Positions 1 through 9,264 of a stretch of DNA of 64,000 nucleotides are shown piece by piece; position 1 is the first letter of the stretch, and each line of letters begins with the position of its first letter. Below the pieces are notes generated by a model. That model was not told the DNA's origin, searched no databases, and worked only from the letters and a program-made list of their open reading frames with translations. Where the stretch lies: assembly GCA_019751125.1 (NCBI GenBank), contig JAIENU010000022.1, positions 7,524 to 71,523 on the forward strand, written 5' to 3'. The DNA is from Burkholderiales bacterium. Lineage in GTDB: Bacteria; Pseudomonadota; Gammaproteobacteria; Burkholderiales; SG8-41. Position numbers and translations under genes: made by a program.

Positions 1-28
1 CTGTCGCCAGCCCTTTTTTGTCCTGCGC

Positions 29-41
29 TAATGCCTTGATT
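29..41 (-). promoter_or_regulatory. IHF consensus core
   Basis: AATCAAGGCATTA matches WATCAANNNNTTR, just downstream of rplI. Confidence 0.45.
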
Positions 42-62
42 ACGTTGCCGTAAACGCGGGCC

Positions 63-515
63 TCAGGCAGCTTCGCCGAGCACCGACACGGTGATCGACA
101 CCACCACGTCGGCGTGCAACGCAACCTTGATCGGATAGTCGCCGATCATCTTCAGCGGACCTTCCGGCATGCGGATCGAGGCCTTCGGCACGTCGAAGCC
201 CTGTTTTTTCAGCGCTTCCGAAATGTCCGAGTTGGTGACCGATCCGAACAGCTTGCCGTCAACGCCGGCCTTCTGGGTGATCTGCACCATCAGGCCTTCG
301 AGCTTGGCACCGCGCTCCTGCGACTGCGCCAGCTGCTCGGCATGCGCCTTTTCCAGCTCGGCGCGGCGTTTTTCGAAATCGGCGAGGTTGGCCTGGGTGG
401 CGCGCTTGGCCTTGCCCTGCGGGATCAGGAAATTGCGGGCATAACCGTCCTTGACGCGCACAACGTCGCCGAGGGTGCCGAGGTTGATGACTTTCTCAAG
501 CAGAATGATTTGCAT
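63..515 (-). CDS. rplI: 50S ribosomal protein L9
   Basis: [32 protein letters not shown] and GKLFGSVT signatures; last gene of the rpsF-priB-rpsR-rplI operon. Confidence 0.98.
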   Translation of the reverse strand: MQIILLEKVINLGTLGDVVRVKDGYARNFLIPQGKAKRATQANLADFEKRRAELEKAHAEQLAQSQERGAKLEGLMVQITQKAGVDGKLFGSVTNSDISEALKKQGFDVPKASIRMPEGPLKMIGDYPIKVALHADVVVSITVSVLGEAA

Positions 516-525
516 GACTGGCCTC

Positions 526-822
526 TCAGTGCTGGTCGGTGTACGGCAGCAGCGCGAGGAAACGCGCGCGCTTGACGGCGGTCGTCAGCTGGCGCTGGTA
601 ACGCGCCTTGGTGCCGGTGATGCGGGCCGGGATGATGCGGCCGTTCTCGTTGATGAAATCCTTGAGCAGGTTGATGTCCTTGTAGTCCACCTGCTTGATG
701 CCTTCGGCCGTAAAACGGCAGAACTTGCGGCGACGAAACAGGGCATTGCCCTTTTTGCGGCCGTCCTTGCCCTTGCCCTTGCCGAATTTACCCTTACCAC
801 CACTTCCGCCCAATCTTGGCAT
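526..822 (-). CDS. rpsR: 30S ribosomal protein S18 (Gly/Lys-rich N-terminal extension)
   Basis: [45 protein letters not shown]. Confidence 0.97.
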   Translation of the reverse strand: MPRLGGSGGKGKFGKGKGKDGRKKGNALFRRRKFCRFTAEGIKQVDYKDINLLKDFINENGRIIPARITGTKARYQRQLTTAVKRARFLALLPYTDQH

Positions 823-873
823 GTCCGTATCCTTTCAGTCTCGAATCGTTTTGATGCTGTTTACGATTGCTGT

Positions 874-1185
874 TTACGATGTGTGTTCGATGCTTTGCTT
901 GATCTGCGTCACGTGCAGAACCATCTGACTGCTCATCCGGTGCCTGCGGTTGAGGAACCCCTGCGCTTCGATCGTGCTGCCCCTGGGCAGCGCGGCGATC
1001 CGTTTGGCCAGATCACCGGCGGCCTTGGCCGCCATCTCGAATGCCACCTGCCTGTCCTGCCCCGCTTCGGTCTGTTGCGAGGTGTGGCTGACGGTGAAAT
1101 CAATCACCGGCAGGCCGGCTGGCGTGTGGCGCAGTGCTTCCATCGCGGTCAGGACAACCTGCAGCCTGACGACGTTTCCGCTCAC
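874..1185 (-). CDS. priB: Primosomal replication protein N
   Basis: LRHTPAGLPV..H.SQQTEAG..RQV motif; position between rpsF and rpsR. Confidence 0.93.
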   Translation of the reverse strand: MSGNVVRLQVVLTAMEALRHTPAGLPVIDFTVSHTSQQTEAGQDRQVAFEMAAKAAGDLAKRIAALPRGSTIEAQGFLNRRHRMSSQMVLHVTQIKQSIEHTS

Positions 1186-1198
1186 CAGGATGCCCTGG

Positions 1199-1594
1199 TC
1201 AGGCGGCGCTCTCCGCTGCCGCAGCCGGTGCCGGAGCAGCCGGTTTGACTTCTTCGCTGGCGGCCGGACGCGATTTTTCCTCGCGCATCATCGGCGACGG
1301 CGCGGTCACCGCGGCATCCATGCTCACCGTGAGGTGGCGCAGCACCGCGTCGTTGAACTTGAACGCGTGCTCGAGTTCGCCGAGGGTCTCGTTGTCGCAC
1401 TCGATGTTCATCAGAACATAGTGCGCCTTGTGCATCTTCTGGATCGGGTAGGTGAGCTGGCGGCGGCCCCAGTCTTCGTAACGGTGCACCGCGCCCTTGT
1501 GGCTGGCAATCAGCTGGCGATAACGGTCAACCATCGCCGGGACCTGCTCGCTTTGGTCCGGATGGACGATCAAAACGATCTCGTAATGTCGCAT
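1199..1594 (-). CDS. rpsF: 30S ribosomal protein S6
   Basis: [41 protein letters not shown]; AAGGAG RBS. Confidence 0.98.
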   Translation of the reverse strand: MRHYEIVLIVHPDQSEQVPAMVDRYRQLIASHKGAVHRYEDWGRRQLTYPIQKMHKAHYVLMNIECDNETLGELEHAFKFNDAVLRHLTVSMDAAVTAPSPMMREEKSRPAASEEVKPAAPAPAAAAESAA

Positions 1595-1660
1595 TCAATT
1601 CTCCTTGTGGGCTGTTGGGCCGCCCGCGATGCGAGCGCGGTGCGGCAAGGAAACCTTCGA
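1595..1660 (-). promoter_or_regulatory. S6:S18-type autoregulatory leader of rpsF
   Basis: On the mRNA, UUCCUUG-CCG... can pair with CAAGGAG (the SD); the CCG next to an SD-sequestering stem matches the known S6:S18 leader architecture. Confidence 0.65.
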
Positions 1661-1707
1661 TTGTGGTGTTGCAACCCCGCCGGACTGGCGCCCGAACGGG
1701 AGGCCGG

Positions 1708-1735
1708 ATTATACCGGAATACCCTTGTCGATCAA
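1708..1735 (-). promoter_or_regulatory. Sigma70 promoter of the rpsF operon
   Basis: TTGATC-N16-TATAAT on the minus strand. Confidence 0.65.
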
Positions 1736-1744
1736 GGGCTTTGA

Positions 1745-1757
1745 AATCAAGGATTTA
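1745..1757 (+). promoter_or_regulatory. IHF consensus core
   Basis: AATCAAGGATTTA matches WATCAANNNNTTR, just upstream of the rpsF promoter. Confidence 0.5.
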
Positions 1758-1770
1758 GCTGCGCCGGGGA

Positions 1771-3405
1771 TCAGTAGATCAGCACCAGGGCGCCGTTGAG
1801 CCGCCAATCATCGACCTGGCGGGTGCCATGGGCCTTCAGCGGCTGGGCAAGATCCAGCCGCAGGCTGGCGGCCTTGCCATAGGTCAGGCGCAGGCCGACA
1901 CCGGTGCCGGCGAGGTATTTGCCGGCCTGTTCGCCGGGCAGCGGATCGTTGCGTTTGACGTCGCCGAAATCATAGAAACCGACCAGCCGTGCCCGCCATT
2001 TGTCGGACAGCCCGGCCTTGTCGGCGATGTTCGGTGTGTACATTTCCAGCTGCACCGCGTGACCCTTGTCATTGGCGGCCTCGCGCGGCAGGTAGCCGCG
2101 CACGGTGTCAAAACCGCCGATGCCGAACTGCTCGCCGGGCACCAGCAGATCCTGGGTGTACTGGGCCGAGAACGCCACCCGCCCCTGCCATTCGTTGCGG
2201 AAGGCGTGGTTGTAGGCAGTACCAAAACGCAGCACGGTATAGGTGGCGCTGGCGCCAAGGCGGGTGCGGTTGAAGTCAGCGGAGTCGCCGTCCTGGCCAC
2301 CGGGGATGTTGCGCGCGAGCGAGGCGTTGAAGCTCCATTCGCTGGCGGTCATCCGCATCAGGCCCGAATAACCGATCGAAACCGGATGCACGGTGATGTC
2401 CGGCACGAAGCCGACACCGCCGAGGGTGACATTGTTCTGGTAGGCACGGTAGTCGAGGCCGACAAAGGCGCGATGCTCGATGTCATCCCACTTCGGCAGG
2501 TAGTAGTTCCAGCGCGCGCCGAAAATCGAACCCTTGCCGCTGACGTTGAACAGGCCCTGCACGGTGCCGGAATCAACGTCGGAGTAACCGGCGAACATCT
2601 CCAGCATGCTGTTCAGGCGGTAGTACGGAATGCGGTAACCCAGACCGTAGATCGCCACCTGGTCATGGTTGGTCGGCGAAGTCACATACTGCGCCGAGAA
2701 CGAGTGGTCGCGGTCGAACAGGTTGGTGTGCTGGAAACCGACGCCGAGGCGCATGTAGCCGGTATCGCTGGTGCCGGTGTCATCGAGCGTCGTAATCAGC
2801 CGCCACGGCCGGCCGTCGGTGACGCGGATGTTGACGTCAACCAGGCCTTCGTTGGCGCCGGAACGCAGCAGCACGTTGCTCTGCTTCACCGGATGCTCGG
2901 CACCGATCTGCAGGTCGCGTGCAATGTCGCCGGAGTTCGGGATGCTGCCCTCTTTCACCGAAGGCAGCGCGCGGCGCACATTGTCATTGCTGAAAAACTC
3001 GTTGCCTTCAATGGTGACCTTGCCGATCTTCGGCTGGTTGATATTGAAGCGCACCACGCCGCGGGTGATGTCCTGCTCCGGCAATTGCACCTGCACCACG
3101 CCGTAGCCCAGCTTGCGGTATTCGGCCTCCAGCGCTTCCAGTGCCCGCTGCACGTCGCCGAAATCCTTCTGCGAGCCGGTAAACGGCGAGACGATGCGCT
3201 GGATGGTTGCGGCACCAAGAATGGTGTCGCCGTTGACTTCGAAGCTGCGGATTTCGAAACGGGGCGCGGGGATGACGACTTCCGCCGGGGCCGGGGTTTG
3301 AGCCGCGGTTTGCGCCTGAACCGGCAGCGCGATCGGGAAGGTTGCCGCCAGCAACATCGGAAAAATACTATAAATATTTGTTTTTATTGATATTTTTTTC
3401 ATCAT
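1771..3405 (-). CDS. TpsB (ShlB/FhaC/HecB family) outer-membrane transporter
   Basis: Signal peptide, POTRA (Y.KLGYGVVQVQLPEQDI..GVV), DDTGT..TG, VRGY motif, C-terminal aromatic residue; start moved to the ATG ATG at 3405/3402. Confidence 0.92.
   Translation of the reverse strand: MMKKISIKTNIYSIFPMLLAATFPIALPVQAQTAAQTPAPAEVVIPAPRFEIRSFEVNGDTILGAATIQRIVSPFTGSQKDFGDVQRALEALEAEYRKLGYGVVQVQLPEQDITRGVVRFNINQPKIGKVTIEGNEFFSNDNVRRALPSVKEGSIPNSGDIARDLQIGAEHPVKQSNVLLRSGANEGLVDVNIRVTDGRPWRLITTLDDTGTSDTGYMRLGVGFQHTNLFDRDHSFSAQYVTSPTNHDQVAIYGLGYRIPYYRLNSMLEMFAGYSDVDSGTVQGLFNVSGKGSIFGARWNYYLPKWDDIEHRAFVGLDYRAYQNNVTLGGVGFVPDITVHPVSIGYSGLMRMTASEWSFNASLARNIPGGQDGDSADFNRTRLGASATYTVLRFGTAYNHAFRNEWQGRVAFSAQYTQDLLVPGEQFGIGGFDTVRGYLPREAANDKGHAVQLEMYTPNIADKAGLSDKWRARLVGFYDFGDVKRNDPLPGEQAGKYLAGTGVGLRLTYGKAASLRLDLAQPLKAHGTRQVDDWRLNGALVLIY
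3371..3399 (-). repeat. Dispersed AT-rich IHF-like element, copy 1
   Basis: AAAAAAATATCAATAAAAACAAATATTTA; encodes KKISIKTNIY of the TpsB N-terminus. Confidence 0.8.
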
Positions 3406-3527
3406 CCTAGCCCTGAGACCACACTCCAAACCCCGTCGCCCAATGAGGGTCATTATCGCAGAAGACCCTGAAAAATCCAGCAACAGCCCGGGGTTCATCC
3501 GCATAGCCCCCGCCAGTCGCAGGTCCG

Positions 3528-3553
3528 AAAAAAACCCGGCAGTCACGCCGGGT
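3528..3553 (-). terminator. Intrinsic terminator between tpsA and tpsB
   Basis: ACCCGGC-6-nt loop-GCCGGGT followed by a U-run on the minus strand. Confidence 0.8.
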
Positions 3554-3575
3554 CTTTGTTCCGCTTAAACCACCA

Positions 3576-6500
3576 TCAACGACAGACCATCGTCCCCTTT
3601 TTCACGGTCTTGTCCTTGTCTTCCTCGGTAGCGCTGGTGGTGCCGGTGCTCTGCTGCTCGGCCGGCGGCTTGGCAGCCTGGGTCAGCGCGACGATCAGCG
3701 TATCGACCGGCGGCGAAATCGTGGCGCCGGCGCCGTAGGTCACGAACATGCTGGTGCCAAGCACCGCCGGATTCCCGACCACAAAGAAGCCGGAGTTGGT
3801 GGCCGCATCAAACACGGTCGCAACACCATTGACGAAGTATCCACCGCTCGACTGGGTCGGGAAGCTGATGTTGATGGTGCTGGGTGACTCGGCCGCGATC
3901 CGTCCAGGCTCGACCAAAGTGCCATTGATGTTGATGGTGCCGCCCACCTTCATGTTCACGTCGGGATAGCCGATGATGTCTGCACGATCCACCAGCACGC
4001 TGCCGCCGGCATCAATATTGGTGTTTGAGCCATAAGTACCCAGCTGGCCGAGATTGACAACATGGAGGTTGCCGCCGGTCACCACGTTGGTGCTGTTGGC
4101 CGATCCGTTGCCACCGTAGGCGTAACTGCCATCGATCAGCACGCTGGCGCCTTTCAGGGTCAGCGATCCCGCGCTGCCCACAGATGTAGCGCCGACAATC
4201 TGCAGAGCACCAGAACCCGCATCCAGCGTCAGGCCGTTGGCATAAATTGACCTGCCGGTCAGGCTGATGCCGTTGTTGCCGGCAAGGTAAACACCGCTGG
4301 TAGGCACGTAAATATTGCCGGTGCTCAGCGTGCCCGTAGTGCCGATCGAGGCCAGCGAGCCGCCGAAGCTGAGGCCGGCCAGGTTCAGGTTGCCGCTGTT
4401 GATGACGCCGATTTCCTGGCTACCCAGTGCTGTCGAACTCACCGTCAGGTCCAGCACCGAGGTTTCCAGCGGATTGGCGATCGAGCCGATTGAACCGCCA
4501 TAGGCTGCATTGATCACAGCCGAGTTGGCGATGATGTCGATGCCCACGTGATTGTCGGCGATTCAAGTGGACGCCGTCGAAAGTGTAACCGTGCCGGCAC
4601 CGGCGTTGAGCTGCCCGACAAGGGTCATGCCGCCGCCCGAACTGACGCTGATGTTGCCGCCGGCAGTGGATATGTTGCCGACTTCCATCGGTGCCGACGA
4701 GTTCACGCTGAAATTGCCGCTGCCGTTCACGCCGCCGGTGATATAGCTGATCTGGTTCGATCCGGACAACGTCACCCCGGACTGGGCTGAGGCGTTGAGG
4801 CCGCCGGTGATGACGCCCGCATCCTGCGAGACCGTTGAACCGCGGACATTCAGGAATGCGGCAGTCGGTCCGACCGAACCCTTGAAAATCAGCGGACCGC
4901 CGGTGATTTCGCCGATGAGCAGACCGCCGCTGGCGCCCGGATCCAGCGGATCGCCAGTTCCGTTCCAGGCACTCATCCGGTTCAGTTCGGCCGCATCCAA
5001 CGCCAGCGCGCCGCCGGCACCATCACCGGAAAGACCCAGGTGAATCGGGCCGCCGGCGATGTGGCGGATGTCAACGAAGTCACCCAGCGAACGAATGGCA
5101 CCCTGAAGATCGATGTCGCCGGCCTTGATCAGCGGCTCACGGCCGGTCACAAACGAACCTGCTTCGATCGTCAATTTGCCGCCGGCAATCAGCTCGACAT
5201 TACCCGTGCCGCCGACACCGGCCCTGATGCTGCCGAAAACACCGAAACCCTCATAACCGTCTGTCTGCTCGCCAAGGTAAATATGCCCGCTCGGCGCGTC
5301 CAGAACCACCGTCTGGCCCGGCAGCAAATCCGCAAAGTCAGGACGGAACGGTATGGTCAGTTCGATATTGCTGTCACTGCGGATGTAATAAGTGCCGTTC
5401 GGGTTGTTGTTGCGTACGTTTGCCAGATCACCGTCTATGGAGAGGCCGCTGCCGAGATAGTAAGTCGTGAGTCCGCCGGTATTGAAGAACGAAAGGCCGA
5501 TATGTCCGGAGGTTCCGCTGTTGATCACGCTGACATCGGGATCACCGGCAGCATCAATGCGTATCGGGTTGACCCGATCGCCAATGCCCGAGACCGCCGT
5601 CAGACTCACCGCGTTGTAGTCATAGTAATAACTGCTTCCCGTCGCCTTCAGGAAACCTGCGGCACTGGTTTGCTGGATCATGCCGCCGGCATTGAGTGAG
5701 ATAAAGCCGCGCTCGGCACCATCGGCGGTGACCGCCGCGTTCTGGGTGATATTGCCGCCGGCCGTCAGGTAAATGTCAGCCTCGTAGTAGGCCTCGGAAG
5801 TCAGCACCGCACCGGAATTGAGCACGATATTGCCGCCGGCCTGAAGATTGATTTCGGAATAATCATTGCTGCTACTGGCCAGAAGTTGCGCTGCGCCGTT
5901 CAGCGTGATGTTGCCAGCAGCGGCCTCGATCGTGATCAGCGCTTCGGAATTATTCGTTGCGGTGGCCGTCAGGTTGCCCGAACTGTTGATGGTCACATGA
6001 TTGGCCGCATGAATTTCGATCGCACTGCGGTTGGGGGCGGTGGCGGTAATGGGGGCGTTAATCGTCATACTGCCGGCGTTCGCGTGCAGCATCACCGTCG
6101 CATCGGTAAAGGGATAACCCGCTGAGGCAGTGATCTGGTTGTTGACGCTCAGGTCACCGGACGTCGTGCGCACATCAACCAGTGCATTACCCATGTTGCC
6201 GTTTACCGTGATGCCGTTGTTGGCACCCACGGCACCAATCTCGAGATTGCCGCTGTTGGTGAAATAAAATTCATTCTGCGAGCGACCCGCAAGCACGCCA
6301 ACCGAATTGGCGGCGCTATCGAGGTAAACCCCGCCTTCATTGCCATCGACATAAAGCTTTTTCACCGAGACCGAGCCGGCGGCGGATTGACCAATGCCGT
6401 AGGTGGCGCTCAATTCCAGCCGCTCAGCCTTCGCCGGAAGAATGTTGACGGGACCGTTAATTAAAATTTCGTCATTGGAAAAAATGTAAATCCGGCCAGA

Positions 6501-8252
6501 AGCGGGCGCATTCAGCTCCATCTTGGCGAAGCTGGCCGAGGTCAGGGTGTCAGCCGCGGAACCGATGGTGAAATAACCGCCGTAATTGGTCAGCTGGATC
6601 GAATTGCCCTTGACGATGGTGGCACCGCTGAAATCCATCAAATCGCTGCGCAGGTTAACGTCACCATTGGCGGCATGAATCGTCGCCCCGGGGCCGGCCA
6701 CCAGTGAAACGCTCGACTGCAGGTTGATCGGTCCGTTGGCTGCAGTGGCACCAAGCACGTTGAGGTTACCGGTATTGATCAGGTTGATCTCACCGCTGCC
6801 GCCACTGCTCGAAAGATTCACGTTGGAAACCTCGGTGCGCAGCGGATAGCTGAGGTTGCCGATCATGCCGGAGGCATTGCCGGTGAAAGAACCCGCCCGG
6901 ATGTCGGTCTTCAAGCCTGTATTGTTGGTCAGGATCGAACCGCCCGCGTTCAGAACGACCGACCCCGTAGTGCCGCCATCGAGAGCGGTGCCGCTGCCCA
7001 CGCCGAACATGATGTCGTTCACTGCGGTCAGCGTAAGGGTCGTGCCACTGGTCCAGCTGACATTGTCCTGGATCAGCACGTTGCCACCGCTCCCGCCCAT
7101 GCCGTTGGCGGACGAATACGACACGTTACCGCCCATCAGCGCAGCACCCAGGGCCGCACCGGAAATATCACCACCATAGGCCGAGGAAATAAGGAAATCG
7201 GTCGGGTCAATCAGCCAGGTGCCTGCAGCACCGCCGTTGCCACCCAGGGTGGTCACCGATGCGCTGTCCGCCACCTTGACCTTGGCCGCCGAAGTCTCGA
7301 TGAAACCGCCGTTGCCATTCGTCGCAGACGCATCAAGCTTGCCGGAAACCTGGGTCACGCCATTATTCATGTCGGACAACGCAATGATCTGGCCACCGGT
7401 CGTGCCCTTGGCGCTAGTCACGCTGCCCGCTTCGAGGTCGGTGCGCTTGGTGGACTTGAGCATGATGCGGCCACCTTCGGCGACCGCGCTGTCGGCATTG
7501 ATCACGCCGCCCTGCTTGATCAGGCCGGCATAGATGCCGATACGGCCGGCTTCGGCAACCACGCTGCCCAGGTTGCGCGCTTCGTTGTTGCCCGCCTGGA
7601 TTTCGACGCGCAGGTTGGGCGTGCCGGGATTGACCAGCTCGACACTGTTGCCGGCGGCGAGGATCACTTCACCACCGGGGCTGGTGATGATCCCCTGGTT
7701 GGTCACCGCATTGCCGACCATGTAAACGGGTCCACCCGCGGCATTGATCGAACCCTGGTTCAGCACCGAGCCGGCGCCCGTACCGTCGGTGAAATTCATG
7801 CGGCCGGCAAGGAAATCGGCATTGGAAAGATTCAGCGTCGAGGCCACCAGTCCGCCGACGTTGATCTGAGAGCCGGCGCCAAACACGATGCCGTTGGGAT
7901 TGAGCAGGAACACCTTGCCGTTGGACTGCAGTGCGCCGAGGATCGCCGAAGGATCCTGGCCGGTGACCCGGTTGAGCACCGCTGACAGGGCCGAGGGCTG
8001 GATGAACCGGGTCAGTTCATTGACGCCGATCGAGAACGAGCCCCAGTTGATGATCGCGTTGTGGCTGTTGGTGACGTTGAGGATGTTGCCGGCCTGCTGG
8101 AAGCTTGCCGTACCGTGCACCAACGTCGGATTGGTCGGGTTGGCCCAGACCATGCTGCTGAAACAGGCGGCGACCGCCAGTGCCGCCGCTTTCGGGCGGA
8201 GTTGCAAGCCGCTCGCCGAACGTCGGGTGGTGTGCGTGGTGTTGTTTTTCAT
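3576..8252 (-). pseudogene. TpsA filamentous-hemagglutinin-family exoprotein interrupted by one in-frame TGA (4563-4565)
   Basis: Signal peptide, TPS domain (INW.SFSIG, NRVTG, NPNG, GGFIETS, GTWLIDP), beta-helix repeats. ORFs 4563..8306 and 3576..4547 share a frame: ACT TGA ATC GCC GAC AAT CAC GTG. Confidence 0.8.
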
Positions 8253-8348
8253 GTTTTTCCCCTTTGCAGCCAGCGTTCTGGCATCACTCTGGCCAAGCTC
8301 AGGCACTGCTGTTGCCGGTGGACGACGCTTAAGCCACGATTGACATTG

Positions 8349-8422
8349 ATTATAGGGGGAAAAACCACAGAATCTCGAGGGTCTGCGCTGCGAATTTCAC
8401 AGGATTTGTGACAATTCTCACC
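8349..8422 (-). promoter_or_regulatory. tpsA promoter with CRP/Clp-type box
   Basis: TATAAT at 8354-8349 (minus) with no clear -35; TGTGA-N6-TCAC(C) at 8407-8422. Confidence 0.55.
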
Positions 8423-8490
8423 TCACTGACGCTCCAAACTGTCGCCGGATCGCGACAGTGACTCGCATCCACAAGACTCTTCTACGAGGC

Positions 8491-9225
8491 TCAACCCCGC
8501 TGGCGGCGGGATTCGGCCAGGCAGATCCCCGCCGACACCGAAACGTTGAGGCTTTCCACACTGCCCCGCATCGGAATCCGCGCCAGCTCGTCGCAGGTTT
8601 CCCGGGTCAGCCGGCGCATGCCCTCGCCTTCGGCGCCCAGCACCCAGGCCATCGGCCCGTCGAGCTTGATCGCGTAAAGATCCTTCTCGGCGCGCTCGTC
8701 GGCACCGATCAGCCACACGCCGCGGTCCTGCAGTTCGCGCATGGTGCGCGCCAGGTTGGTGACCATGATGTAGGGCACGCTGTCCGCCGCTCCGCTGGCG
8801 ACCTTGGCCACCGTGGCATTAAGGCCCACGGCGTGATCCTTCGGTGCGATCACCGCATGTGCACCCATGCCGTCGGCCACGCGCAGGCAGGCACCGAGAT
8901 TGTGCGGATCGGTGACACCGTCGAGGATCAGCAGCAGCGGCGCCTCGGAAATATCCTCCAGCACATCATCGATATGGGTCGGCAGTTTCACTGCCTCGAC
9001 CCGTGCCACCACGCCCTGATGCCGCTCCTGGCCGCTCATGCCGTCGAGGCGCTTGGCATCCACGGCAATCACCCGCACGCCCTTGGCTTCGGCCAGCGCC
9101 ATCAGATCTCGACAGCGCCGGTCCTGGCGCGCGGCGTCGATGTAGATCTCGCGCACCGCTTCGGCACGGCTGCGCAGGCGGCTGGTGACGGCGTGAAAAC
9201 CGTGGATCAGATGCAGGTCACTCAT
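8491..9225 (-). CDS. rlmB: 23S rRNA Gm2251 methyltransferase
   Basis: [37 protein letters not shown] SpoU motifs; follows rnr. Confidence 0.96.
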   Translation of the reverse strand: MSDLHLIHGFHAVTSRLRSRAEAVREIYIDAARQDRRCRDLMALAEAKGVRVIAVDAKRLDGMSGQERHQGVVARVEAVKLPTHIDDVLEDISEAPLLLILDGVTDPHNLGACLRVADGMGAHAVIAPKDHAVGLNATVAKVASGAADSVPYIMVTNLARTMRELQDRGVWLIGADERAEKDLYAIKLDGPMAWVLGAEGEGMRRLTRETCDELARIPMRGSVESLNVSVSAGICLAESRRQRG

Positions 9226-9235
9226 AGCAAATCTA

Positions 9236-9264
9236 TAAGTATTTGTTTTTATTGATTTATTTTA
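9236..9264 (-). repeat. Dispersed AT-rich IHF-like element, copy 2
   Basis: TAAAATAAATCAATAAAAACAAATACTTA; begins at the rnr stop codon and fills most of the rnr-rlmB gap. Confidence 0.85.

Noticed and set aside
4545-4565. tpsA TGA as selenocysteine or evidence of an alternative genetic code
   Set aside because: No convincing SECIS-like hairpin downstream, the context is a structural beta-helix rather than a redox site, and TGA is a normal stop in many genes here.
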